64,000 bases of DNA from Cycas panzhihuaensis. Taxonomy: Eukaryota; Plantae; Cycadophyta. The notes under the pieces are model-generated. The model did not search any database, was not told the origin of the DNA, and saw only the letters and a list, made by a program, of their open reading frames with translations. Each line of letters begins with the position of its first letter. Positions within the stretch are counted from its first letter, which is position 1. The stretch lies in NCBI GenBank assembly GCA_023213395.1, contig CM041465.1, positions 173,855,741-173,919,740 of the forward strand, in the 5' to 3' direction. The position numbers were made by a program, and so were the translations under genes. Below, piece after piece: positions 38,799 through 49,739 of the stretch.

Positions 38799-41700
38799 GC
38801 ATAACTAGAGATGATACAAAACATGGAAAGTAGGACTCCTTATAAAGGAGATTGAACGATCAGGATCTAAACGCATGTCAATGATCAACAATACAAGACA
38901 AATCTGATTAGAACTCTACTTTCCTCAAAGATAAGGATGGTGACAAGTGGAGCCATCCAAAGTTGACTTTCCACAAAGCACATGTGGAAAAGGCACAAAA
39001 GACAAAAGACAATTTTATAATCAAATAAATGAACACTTTAGGATAAAGGTCTAAAGTGGCAAACATACAATTGTTCATGGTCAAGACTTAATGCTTAGGA
39101 CATGAAGGTTTTAACACTCCCCCTGAATGGATACAGCATTAAGTTGAATGTTGAGGCCGTTTCTAAAATGCTCGAACTTCTCTTTCCCAAGTGGCTTGGT
39201 GAAGATGTCAGCTAGTTGTTGATCGGTTGGCTTATAGACAAGGTCGATTTCACCTTCTTGTACATGCTCTCTGATAAAATGGTGATGGACCTCAATGTGC
39301 TTGGTGCATGCATGGAACACCGGATTCTTGGCAATCTTGATAACACTCTGATTATCACAATACAATAGTGTTGGAAGTGTTTGCTCAAGTCCAAGCTCTC
39401 CAAGAATCCGTCTGAGTCAAATAGCCTCACAAGTTGCGCTGATAGTAGCTTTATATTCTACTTCAGTGGAGGAAAGTGTAACATTTGGTTGCTTTTTGCA
39501 ACTCCGTGAAACAATAGCAGACCCAAGGTTGAAACAATAACCTGAGGTGGATTTCCAACTATCTTGGCATTAAACACAATCTGAATCTGAAAACCCTTCC
39601 AGTGTGAAGTTCTCATTACGTTTGTACTGAAGACCATACTGCAAAGTAACTTTGAGGTATCTGAGGATGTGTTTTGCAACATTCTCGTGCCGTTGATTGG
39701 GATTGATCATGAATCTAGAACATATTCCAACCGCATATAAAATGTTAGGTCTAGTGTCAGTCAAGTAAATGAGACTACCCACTAGCTACCTGAAAAGGGT
39801 GGAATTAATAGGTTTCCCTTCTTCATTCATCGACAATTTAGTGCCTATCTCCATAAGTGTTGGTGATGGTTTGCAGTCTTCCATTCTAAATCGCTGCAAA
39901 GTTTTTTACAAAGTTAGTGTGATTAACACACCTAACACAAACTCTTGAAAAAGATGATTTTAAATCACTTTAAGCCCAAATTTAATGACCTAAGTCACCT
40001 CACAGGGAGCTTAGCGTCATTAAAAAATAAGAAAATCTTTATGAAAAGATGATAAAAATCACTTCAAAATAGTGATTTTGGTTCTAAGTTACACTTGCAA
40101 ATTGTTTTATACCATTTAGTATGATTAACACACTAAAGTAAGTGTTAAAGAAGCTCTTAAAATAAAGATTAAAATAAAATTACAAGGAACTTTAATAACA
40201 TTAAAGTTCAAAGCAAAAAATTAAAGAAGGAATATACTAAAGTATATTCTAATTTTTATGTACTAAGGTTTAAAAACTTTAGAAATGGAAAAATAAACAC
40301 AGGCAGCAAAAATTTACCAGTGAAATAGCGAGCGGATTGCAGGTTTTAACAAACTACGAGCGCCATCGTTAACGATCACGTGGAGCAGACGCCACAAGGA
40401 GCAGGTCAAGCATGTGGAGGAAAAAGCCGCCAAACGAGGATTAATGGAGGTCCACGTAGCACCAACGGAGAACGGAAGTCGAGCCACGTGAAGCCCGACA
40501 TCACGCAAAAGACGAGACTCGCATGGATCATGCACAGAGGTGGACAATTACGTCACGGAGGCAGGTGTGGAAATCGCATGAGAAAGAGAGAGTAGACTAT
40601 CCATAGAGGTGTTGCGTCTGCCAGCGTGCAATCTATTTGATGTCGCCCAGTGCTTAAAGATGAAGAGTTGCCAAACAAAAGTGTGCAGAGGTGAGAGAGC
40701 AATGGTTGACAGTGACGCCACACCAAGGAGGTACGGAAGCTAATTGGCGGACCTCCAAATCCTCTTAAATTGTTAGCAGTCAGATAGATGTATTAATTTT
40801 TCACCAAAAGAATATTTTGACCATGATTTACAGCTTGCCAGGCAAAGGAATCTGTCCCATGAATTAAGGTGAGGACAGAGTGCACCATGCAGAGCTACTA
40901 CGTCATCGAAGGTGTCGGATAGCAGGGACAAGCCACGAGAAGAAACGGATGGCAGCCACACAATGAGGAGCCACAAGTCATAGAAATCAAACGGAGCTCA
41001 GAAATCTCATTGTTTGAATTAATGAGGGTTGCAGTCCAGTGAGAAATCAAATAAAGCAAAGCCACCTCAAATGGGAGACATAGTTTGCAGAGTACTACTA
41101 GCAAGTGATTAACAGAGATACTGGATGCAACAGAAAAACAGAATCAGTAGAAAATGAGGAGTAAGGAAGTCCCATGGTATTGTCCTAGAAAGATGCCTTA
41201 GAGATGAGCCAAAATATAGAAAGGACAGAAGCATTGCAATTCCTTCTTTTTTTTTGTTTTTTTTTTTAATCAAAGATAAAGTGAGCCTAGCATATTTTGG
41301 TTCAAGGAGAACTGTCAATCATAAAGAAAGGCTCCAAAACAAAATTCAATAGTCCCTGCAATAACAAAAAATTGGACAGCCACCACTTTCTCCTTTAAAT
41401 CTCCTTTTTTTTAAGGGCAACAAAGTGCAAATTTAAAAAATCTTGAAATAATTAATAATTTCAAGAAGTTTGCATATATCACTCCTTTATACACATTAAA
41501 GAGACTTTAAAAAAACTTCATCAAGCAACCAATATCATCTCAAAAAGAGCTTCTTATACACTAAGCTTTACCAAAGATGCAAAGATTGCAACACAACTTG
41601 AGCTTGTGAAAGAACTGATGAGTATTAGCTCTCAATCACCTGCTAGTCTTGGTATCAACATCCATTTTTTCTACTCACCAAATTAGCCTCCAAAATACAA

Positions 41701-42441
41701 ATATGCAACACAATTTGCATAAAATTATTTTGAAAATTGTGCAAGCTTAAAAGTGCAAAAAGTCTTTCGACAACATAACTTGACAAGAAAGTGATCCTTG
41801 CTCTAGTTGGATCGCTTTCGTATGGCAAAGGTCGTCACCAAAATTGGAGTGTGACAAAGCCTTGAATCTGCTCCTCAAGATGCCACTGCTCTGATACCAA
41901 ATTGAAAGCAATGGAAATGACACAAGCACTAAGATCTATTGAAGAACATGATAGGACATCATAACATGAATGACTAAACTTTGAATTAATAGAAACATGG
42001 AGTACAAGACATGAAGATAATAGGGAGGAGCATTCAACTACAACTCAACCTATTATGGAAACTAGTAGGAAGGAGAATTGATCTCTACACTTCACCTACA
42101 AGTGATGCTATAGCAGCATAACTCTGACTCCAATACTACATGCCAAAACATGGAGAGTAGGACTCCTTATAAAGGAGATTGCATGATTAGGATCTAAACA
42201 CATGTCATTGATCAATAATATAAGACAAATCTGATTAGAACTCTTCTTTCCTCAAAAATAAGGATGGTGACAAGTGGAGCCATCCAAAGTTGACTTTCCA
42301 CAAGCACGTGGAAAAGCCATTACAAGACAAAAGACAATTTTATAATCAAACAAATGAACACTTTAGGATAAAGGCCTAAAGTGACAAAAATACTAATGTC
42401 CATGGTCAAGACTTAATGCTTAGGACATGAAGATTTCAACA
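38799..42441 (-). mobile_element. Element E: internally deleted Ty1/copia
   Basis: 5' LTR 41903-42441; perfect Met PBS (TGGTATCAGAGC) at 41888-41899; ~2-kb leader; only RT end + RNase H retained; PPT 39117-39126; 3' LTR ~38799-39116 truncated. Confidence 0.9.
39111..39900 (-). pseudogene. pol: Element E RT C-terminus and RNase H
   Basis: GSLIYLTDTRP, GFSDSD, YCDNQSVIKIAKNPVFH..TKHIEV, QLADIFTKPL. Confidence 0.95.
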
Positions 42442-42582
42442 CTCCATTCAATGAGATGATACTAGCTATGAAAGAGGTGTGGGTGAGGCTTGTAGTTTGT
42501 ATTCATGCACCTTCTAAAAGAAACCTGTGAATCATATTCTATGATTGAGATTATGTTTCCTAAGTTTTAAAGTTGCAGTATA

Positions 42583-43417
42583 TGTTGGAGCATAATGTGA
42601 CACGCTAGGCTATAGGCAGACTAGAGAGAAGCCGAATATCCTTGGGTATGCAGTAGTGCGGACCGTGCGGAGGTACGTATCACGGTGAAAAGTGAAGAAT
42701 CCAACATTGCATGCGTATGACGGTGCGTACCTAGTAAAGGTATGCAACAGAATCGTACCTCTGGCGGAACACAAGCAAGCGAGGCAGTGCGCATGAGAAG
42801 GCGGATGAAGGGAGCACAGGGTGACGTCGGGGCGTGCGTCACGGATGTACGGATGAGTTAAGATAGTCAATTAAGGAAACTAACCAATGGTTAGGAAGAG
42901 GTACGCTTGATCGAAGGTACGGTTATGACAGACAGTCATAACCCTTCAGCGAAAAGACACCAAGGAGCGTATTTATGAGGCTTCCCAAGGACCATTCGGT
43001 TGGGGTGAGAGCCAAGTATACCAGTACACATTGGCAGGGAGACCAGTACGCATGGAAGCAGCCTGAAGCCATGTATTTTGATGGGTACCTCCTGGGTATG
43101 CATGTGACAGAATTAGTGTATAACGCTGGAATGCACAGGGAATGCATTCCAGCACCTTGTGTAAAAGAACTATTGCTTAATGAAATAAGAAGTTACGTGG
43201 AAATTGTGTATTCTCTGTGTTGTAAGGATTGAATGTGGAATATGTGCTGATTTCTGTACTGCTATGTGCCATTGTGATATAATCATGTGGAAACATTAAT
43301 AAATCTGTGGAATATATGTGGATGACGATGTTGATTGTGTCCTAAACTAGACTATAACCCGTGTAACCTTGACAAGTGTACCCTTCCCACAAGTGCAGTG
43401 GGAAACCTAAGTCAACA
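42583..43417 (+). repeat. Element C 5' LTR
   Basis: TG..CA termini; colinear with the 3' LTR. Confidence 0.93.
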
Positions 43418-43418
43418 C

Positions 43419-43429
43419 TGGTTCCGTTG
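43419..43429 (+). other. Element C PBS, tRNA-Glu (TGGTTCCGTTG)
   Basis: 1 nt after the LTR; complement of ..CAACGGAACCA. Confidence 0.88.
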
Positions 43430-43452
43430 TAGTCTAGTTGGTTAGGATACTC
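43423..43452 (+). tRNA. Sense-strand 5' fragment (nt 1-30) of plant cytosolic tRNA-Glu; not a complete gene
   Basis: TCCGTTGTAGTCTAGTTGGTTAGGATACTC matches the recalled tRNA-Glu 5' end TCCGTTGTAGTCTAGCTGGTTAGGATACTC at 29/30; includes the D-arm/A-box; anticodon loop and T arm absent. Confidence 0.85.
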
Positions 43453-43714
43453 TTATAGGTTAGCTTACCAGCCGGATCAGCTAGTTGTACTATAACGCGT
43501 TGCATGAAGTTGAGGCAAATCAAATTGCCTTGATACCGGAAGGTTATCCACTTCGGTATGGAAACAAAAATACAAAAAAATGAAAAAACAAGAAAAAACA
43601 ACCGTAACCCATATCATATACATAAGCAATATGAAGACAAGAATATTATGACTAAAAGAATCAAGGATAAGAAAGAATTCTGTCAAAAAATCTGAATTTT
43701 TACATACATACCGA

Positions 43715-43985
43715 CAAAATACACTATACGTACCAGGAAAAGTATGTTACCAGTGCACGACTGTAAAATACATTATACATACCAGCAAAGAACGTTATCT
43801 GGTATGCACTATGTAAAATAAGACAAAATACACTCTGCGTACCGGAAAAAAGTACGCTATCTGGTACGCACTATGTAAAACAGGCTAAAATACATTATGT
43901 ATACGGAAAAGTGCGCTACGAGTGCGCATAGTGGAAAATGGATAAATTAAACAGTTTATACTATGCGTGCACGAAAAGTATCTTG
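43715..43985 (+). repeat. Degenerate ~50-60-bp tandem repeat (AAAATACAC/TT..GTACC.GAAAAGTA..TATCTGGT..GCACTATGTAAAA), ~5 units
   Basis: Repeated units visible by eye. Confidence 0.75.
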
Positions 43986-44280
43986 GTCGAAGTACGCATA
44001 GAACAAAGACGGGAATAAGACAAAAGTATATATTACATATCTGCAAGCATTCCCGTGCAGTACGCAACAGGAAATCGAGCATAATTCTGTCCGGATTCTC
44101 AACAACAAGCAACCGAGCACAGCCCTTGCAATCCAGGGAGACAAAAGGACGAAATTCGGCCTCAAATCAGCAAGTATAAAGTCCAATAAACAACAACCAT
44201 ACCAGCAAAGGTACGCACATAGGGTTCGTACCCATAATCTAGGATTATTTCAGTTTTCTCTCTGGAATCCCATAGCCAGC

Positions 44281-45351
44281 ATGAAGACAGCAGGTTGTCA
44301 GGAGACTTTCATACCCAGATTAAAGAAGGACCTCGAAGCATTACCCTCTCAATTTCAAGCAAAAATTAAGCAAGCTGCTTGGGGAGAGTACATATACTGT
44401 AACCCTATGTACTATGACCCAGAAATTATGGAAAATATTTTAGCAGAATTAAAAAAGGACATGAGCAAGATTAAGCTAGATGCAGAGACAGTACATTTGA
44501 TAACAGGACTTCCCAACGAAGGGGAAGTACCCGCAGCAACCAAACGCTCGGAAGTGGACTGTGAGTTATGGCTAAAAGAGTTCTGCCAAGAACACACACA
44601 ACTAACTTCAGGCGGAATCCGTGTGGCAAATATAAAAGACATCCGATTACAATGGATAGCAAAAGTTATTAATTTTAGGTTTTTGTCAAAAAGAAAATAC
44701 ACATACATTCCAAGGGGAATGATGCCAATATTATTGAAGATTCGTGATGGAGAGAAAATGGATTGGTCAGAATTCCTGGCAGAAGACATGCGGCAGCAAA
44801 TTCAGGAAATAATGACTCATCCTCTTCGCCACCCTTCATTGTTGCTAGCTATCCTATTTTATCAGTGTCCAAATGTACAACTGGTGAAAACAACCACTTC
44901 TCCAAAGGAACCCCTAATTAAAAAGTGGGTAACTGAGTTTCCAGATACAACACAAAATCCAGAAGTTAAAAGGAGAGTACAAAAACAGATGAGTAAAGTG
45001 CTTAAATGGTTGCAACAAACCCGTGGGACACCCATTCCTCATCGGGTTAAGCAAACTATAAGGAAAAATAGCAAAAGAAAGAAGGATGAGGAAGAACCAG
45101 CAGAGGCCGAAGAAGTAGAACCTTTGCTAGAAGAATGGGAAGATTTTCCACCCGTAATGGAAACAGGAGAGACATCAGTACCACCCCCGACAGATAATAA
45201 ATCCAGCCAGATCATACAGCTAGTTATGGACATGGAAGAAGGGTATAAGGCAGAAATAACAGCGCTTCAGGAGAAAATTAAAGAAAAGGATGCAATAATT
45301 GCCACACTGACCCAAATCAATGAAGAAATTCTGGCTACAAGACAGCGGTAG
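44281..45351 (+). CDS. Intact 356-aa ORF3 accessory protein of element C
   Basis: Uninterrupted ATG-to-stop frame, the longest in the ORF track; homologous to the disrupted A ORF3; LITGLPNEG motif, basic/acidic linker, coiled-coil C-terminus. Confidence 0.85.
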   Translation: MKTAGCQETFIPRLKKDLEALPSQFQAKIKQAAWGEYIYCNPMYYDPEIMENILAELKKDMSKIKLDAETVHLITGLPNEGEVPAATKRSEVDCELWLKEFCQEHTQLTSGGIRVANIKDIRLQWIAKVINFRFLSKRKYTYIPRGMMPILLKIRDGEKMDWSEFLAEDMRQQIQEIMTHPLRHPSLLLAILFYQCPNVQLVKTTTSPKEPLIKKWVTEFPDTTQNPEVKRRVQKQMSKVLKWLQQTRGTPIPHRVKQTIRKNSKRKKDEEEPAEAEEVEPLLEEWEDFPPVMETGETSVPPPTDNKSSQIIQLVMDMEEGYKAEITALQEKIKEKDAIIATLTQINEEILATRQR

Positions 45352-45450
45352 CATGAGCAGCCTTGAAAAGGGGAGGGGGAGGAATACCCCAAATTTTGAA
45401 AATTTTGTTGAGCAAGGATGCTCAAACCCTTCATGTTGACCGGGGATAGA

Positions 45451-46247
45451 TGTTGGCCAAGTATCCTTGGACTATGCAAGTACGAACCATACGGAGGTAC
45501 GTATGCAATGAAAAGTGAAGAATCCAACGTTAAGGAGTATGATGACAAAAGTACCTAGTAAGGGTACGCAACACAGATACGTACCTCCTGGCAGAACGCA
45601 AGCAAATAGGAATGATACGCATGAGAAGACTGGACAGAATGGAGCCTGGGGTGACGTCAGACGTACATACGGACGTACGGATGAGTTAAGACAGTCAATT
45701 AAGGAAACTAACCAATGGTTAGGAAGAGGTACGCTTGACTGAAAAGGTACGGTTATGACAGATAGTCATAACCCTTCAACGAAAAGACACCAAGGAGCAT
45801 ATTTATGAGGCTTCCCAAGGACCATTCGGTTGGGGTGAGAGCCAAGTATACCAGTACACATTGGCACGGAGACCAGTACGCATGGAAGCAGCCTGAAGCC
45901 GTGTATTTTGATGGGTACCTCCTGGGTACGCATGTGACAGAGTTAGTGTATAAGGCTGGAATGCACAGGGAATGCATTCCAGCACCTTGTGTAAAGGAAC
46001 TATTGCTTAATGAAATAAAAAGTTACGTGGAAATTGTGTATTCTTTGTGTTGCAAGGATTGGATGTGGAATATGTGCTAATTTCTGTACTGTTGTGTGCC
46101 GTTGTGATATAATCATGTGGAAACATTAATAAATCTGTGGAATATATGTGGATGATGATGTTGACTGTGTCCTAAACTAGACTATAACCCGTGTAACCTT
46201 GACAAGTGTACCCTTCCCATAAGTGCAATGGAAAACCTAAGTCAGCA
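45451..46247 (+). repeat. Element C 3' LTR
   Basis: Preceded by GGGGATAGA; followed by the TSD. Confidence 0.93.
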
Positions 46248-46252
46248 GTATA

Positions 46253-49200
46253 CCTAACACCACATCAACACCTTTGATAGCCATGGCAAACATATAGGTG
46301 CTCGGTGAGTAGTCACAAATCAAAAGATGCACCTTGTCACAAAAACCCCCACATGGCATATTGTTTCTATTGGTGATCGTTATTTGGAATTGTTTTAACG
46401 GTTTGACTTGGAGGCCCAACTTGACAAGTGTTGATTTGTTGATGAAATTGTGCATGTTGACACTGTCTACTAATACTAATATATCTTGGCATTCTTGATG
46501 CCTCCCTCAAAATGTAGTGTTTGAGTCATATTTGTAGTTTTGGTGATTGCCTATAGTGATATTTGAACATTCTCAAGATCCTTGTCATTGAGCAATTTCT
46601 TTATTTCTGACTCGTCTTCCTCCAGTGATTTAATATCTTCTAGTTGCTCATCTTACATTGATTTGTGCATTTCTTCATTATTGAGCATAAAAACTTTCTT
46701 TGTTGGCCATTTATGATCTCAACTCCATTTGTCATTGCAATCAAAACATGTTCCCCCCTATGAATATGTTTTACCTTTGATAACCAACCCTCTACAAGCC
46801 TGCCTTCCTTCTATTCCCTGAGTAGTAGGTCAACTTTCATTCCTGACAAATACTAGTCTATTCTATTGCCTTGACCCATCAGTTTGGAGTGGTAATCTCA
46901 ACAAATGTAATTCTAGCAAGTCTCTTTGAACTCAACTTCTATATTGTAGGCCTAGTTTATGGCTTCCCTAAGAGTGTCCACTCCCAATGTCTTTAGATGG
47001 AACTTGATGGCTCCCTTGAGACCCTCCATATATGCTTCTAATAGTAGCACTAAGTATATTCAGGTAGTCATCATGGTTTATAGATTTTGGAACTCCTTCG
47101 TATATACCTGGAGAGTTCTTGTTTGTTGTAGACAAGTTAGCTAAGAGAAGTAATCTCTGCTCCATGAATCCCCATATTGCTTTATCAACAAGGTCTTTAA
47201 AAAATCCCAATTGTATCGTGTTGTTCCTTAGTAGTCCCTAGTCCACCAACAGAACCACTCACTTGCCTTTCCATACAAGTGGAGGGATGTTGTCAGTACT
47301 TTGTCCTCTTCTGATCCATGATACATTTGGAAATATAGATCCATTTGAATGATCCAACTTCAAATATCTCTTAATTTATCTTGGTCAAATTTCTCTAGTT
47401 GGAATTTGGAGTTCTTCATACTAGAGTCTGATCTATGTTTAACACCTCTTTCACCTCCCTCATCACTATGGTGAGAGTTAAACCCGTGGTAGGATGTAGC
47501 ATTCCTAAAATAAAAGAAGTTGGTTTTTTATATGGAGAATTTATTATGGTGAAGTTGGTTTTTGGAAGAATTAAAAGAGACATAAGCAAGATAAGATTCA
47601 AGCTAATGAGGAAGGGCAGGAAGAAGATATTGTTAATGAGGAGATCTTAAGAGACTTTGCAAGAGCTAAAACAAGATCTAGCGCAGAGAAAATAGCATGA
47701 CTACTTGAAGCAGACATGGGCAACAGAAAAATCTCAAATCAATATCAAAGAAGAAATCCAAAGCGAAGTTACACAGGAGCAGCACGAAGACAACGAAGAA
47801 CAAGTAGAGTTTAAAGAAGAATCTCAACAAATTTCATGCAAGGCATTCATTGATCCTTTATTGCACATGCACATTTCGTTTGGTAGGTTTATGTCCTCTC
47901 TCTTTCCCTAGTTCAATAGCAATAGAAAAGCCCTCTTATCCTCAACCCATAGTTAGCCATGATCTTAATCCCTTTAACTTTAGTTTTTTCGTAGGTCAAA
48001 TCCTAATTTCTCTCTGTAATCCTAGTTCATCTCTTTACTTACCTACTCCTTCACCCCCTATAGATCATCCTCAATAGGATATTCCCCAACTTCAAACCGC
48101 TCATCCGATTTCATCACTCAGTATTACCCCTTACAAAATCCAGTCTGACTTTTCCCAAAAGCCTTTAATTTCATATTATCAATACTGTTTTTTTCGGTTA
48201 AAACTTGTCTCCTGTCTAAATATCATCCCTAAAATTTTATTAAAGTCTTCTTTTCATAAAGAACGTCTATCACTAATTCCCCATCCATTTTCCTCTCCCA
48301 AAAGGTGTTGTGATCTAACAAACATATACAAATTCTCATCTCCATCCAGGGTAGATTACAAAATTTATCCTTTCTTCCTATACCTTTGAAACTATGCTTG
48401 ATCTCAGTTCAAAATTCCACCTTTTCTTTTCTTTTTCACAATAATCCTCAATCCATGACCCTTATGATCAATTCTTTTCCCCAAGCCTTCATGTCTTTTC
48501 CCAAAATCCATCCCATCAGGAAACAAAATGTGCAAATGCAAGGCAAGACCAGGACAAGACATTTGAGATACCTCACAGGTCCCAGGATCCTTCCGATTCA
48601 ATACAAGACACAATAGGTACCTGGTCCCAGGAACAAACTTCAAAAAACTCAAGATGGCTTCCAGCAAATCCCACAGAATATGCAGGATCAAGCCAGATCT
48701 TTATGACATACAGGATCTAACAGGTGGTGGTTGGAAGATCAGACCAAGTTGCAAGCAATTCTCAATACTTCGAGGGCGAAGTATTATTTCAAGGGGAGGG
48801 GAATTGTAGCATTCCTAAAATAAAAGAAAAAGTCAATTTTTTATATGGAGAATTTATTATGGTGAAGTTGGTTTTTGGAAGAATTAAAAGAAGACTCGTT
48901 CAATTTAATTTATTATGAAGTTGGTTTTTTGGAGGGAAAATTAAGAAGTTGGCTACAAATAAAGAAGACCCCCTCATTTGAAAATCATCTTGGAGAATTT
49001 CTGTTATGAAGGGATAATAGCCTCGTGCCTATTTGGAGGGTCGCTCTCACCTCGAAGAGGGTTCGTCAATACTGCTAAATATTTTGTATCAAGTGCCATC
49101 TTTCTATTAATATTATTTACTATTGCTCACATACGCTACTGTTATCCCTATTTCATAATATTATAAGAGTTCTGCCTATTGTGAATATGTAAAGTATTGA

Positions 49201-49550
49201 AAGATCATTGTTGTATGGCTAGCATCATTGTCTGGATGAACACCATTTTGTGTATATTTCGTTATCTACTGCTAGACATATTGCTTCTGTCTGTTGTATT
49301 ATTTTTCTGGCTCACTTCACGAGAGGTCTCTCTATCCCTACAACTATCTACAAGCTTAGGCATGACTATTATTCCTTTTGCTAGCAAGGCCTTACCTATG
49401 TCAGCTAGTTGCTTACCAAATTCTTCCCTTAGTTCGTCGTGTTTTTTAATCAATTGGTTGTTTAAAGCATCCACTCTTCTGCTAGCATCCTCTATTGAGA
49501 CTGAAGTGTTCACCATCTTGCCTAACATTAATGTCTTTCCAGATCTCAAT
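46253..49550 (-). pseudogene. gag: Element D gag-protease (split by G1 and C; protease tail at 42442-42582)
   Basis: HNFI..LGL..GVDVVLG (PR), CFDCNDKWS (zinc knuckle), coiled-coil gag N-terminus in ORF 49262-49549. Confidence 0.72.
47495..49221 (+). mobile_element. Element G1: deleted non-autonomous element (same internal family as G2) inserted in D gag
   Basis: Only ~85 bp of the 5' LTR remain (47495-47579), matching the 3' LTR start at 48805; internal region colinear with G2; PPT AAGGGGAGGGGAA; degenerate TSD TAGGA/TAGCA. Confidence 0.8.
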
Positions 49551-49739
49551 TTCGTTCTTGCAAAAAAAATTTGGCCTTTTCTTTTTTTGCACTTATGGTA
49601 TCCTTATTGCCCTTATATGTATTGCTTGTTAAAATCTACTCACGAATTGCTAAACCATGCCTTGGGACAACTGAAATCAACTTGTTGCTTACTAGAGTTA
49701 ACTTCTCGATTGCTGATATCATATTTGTTTGGTTGTTGA

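Larger units (their letters stand above)
42583..46247 (+). mobile_element. Element C: 3.7-kb non-autonomous gypsy derivative carrying only ORF3, inserted in D protease
   Basis: LTRs 42583-43417 and 45451-46247; TSD GTATA (42578-42582, 46248-46252); no gag/pol motifs. Confidence 0.93.

Noticed and set aside
42442-42446. PPT-like CTCCA beside the E 5' LTR suggesting a tandem E
   Set aside because: Only 4 nt match the real PPT; the sequence beyond belongs to D pol.
43423-43500. Complete tRNA-Glu gene or SINE/Pol III promoter
   Set aside because: Similarity ends at nt 30; no anticodon loop, T arm or nearby B-box. The GGTTCGTACCC at ~44223 is ~800 bp away.
44281-45351. ORF3 as a retroviral envelope glycoprotein
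   Set aside because: No evident signal peptide or transmembrane segment; the protein is charged with a coiled-coil end.
42610-46080. Short ORFs repeated within the C (and A, B) LTRs
   Set aside because: Duplicated only because the LTRs are duplicated; no protein-like motifs.
49197-49739. 180-aa plus-strand ORF
   Set aside because: Antisense shadow of the D gag N-terminus.
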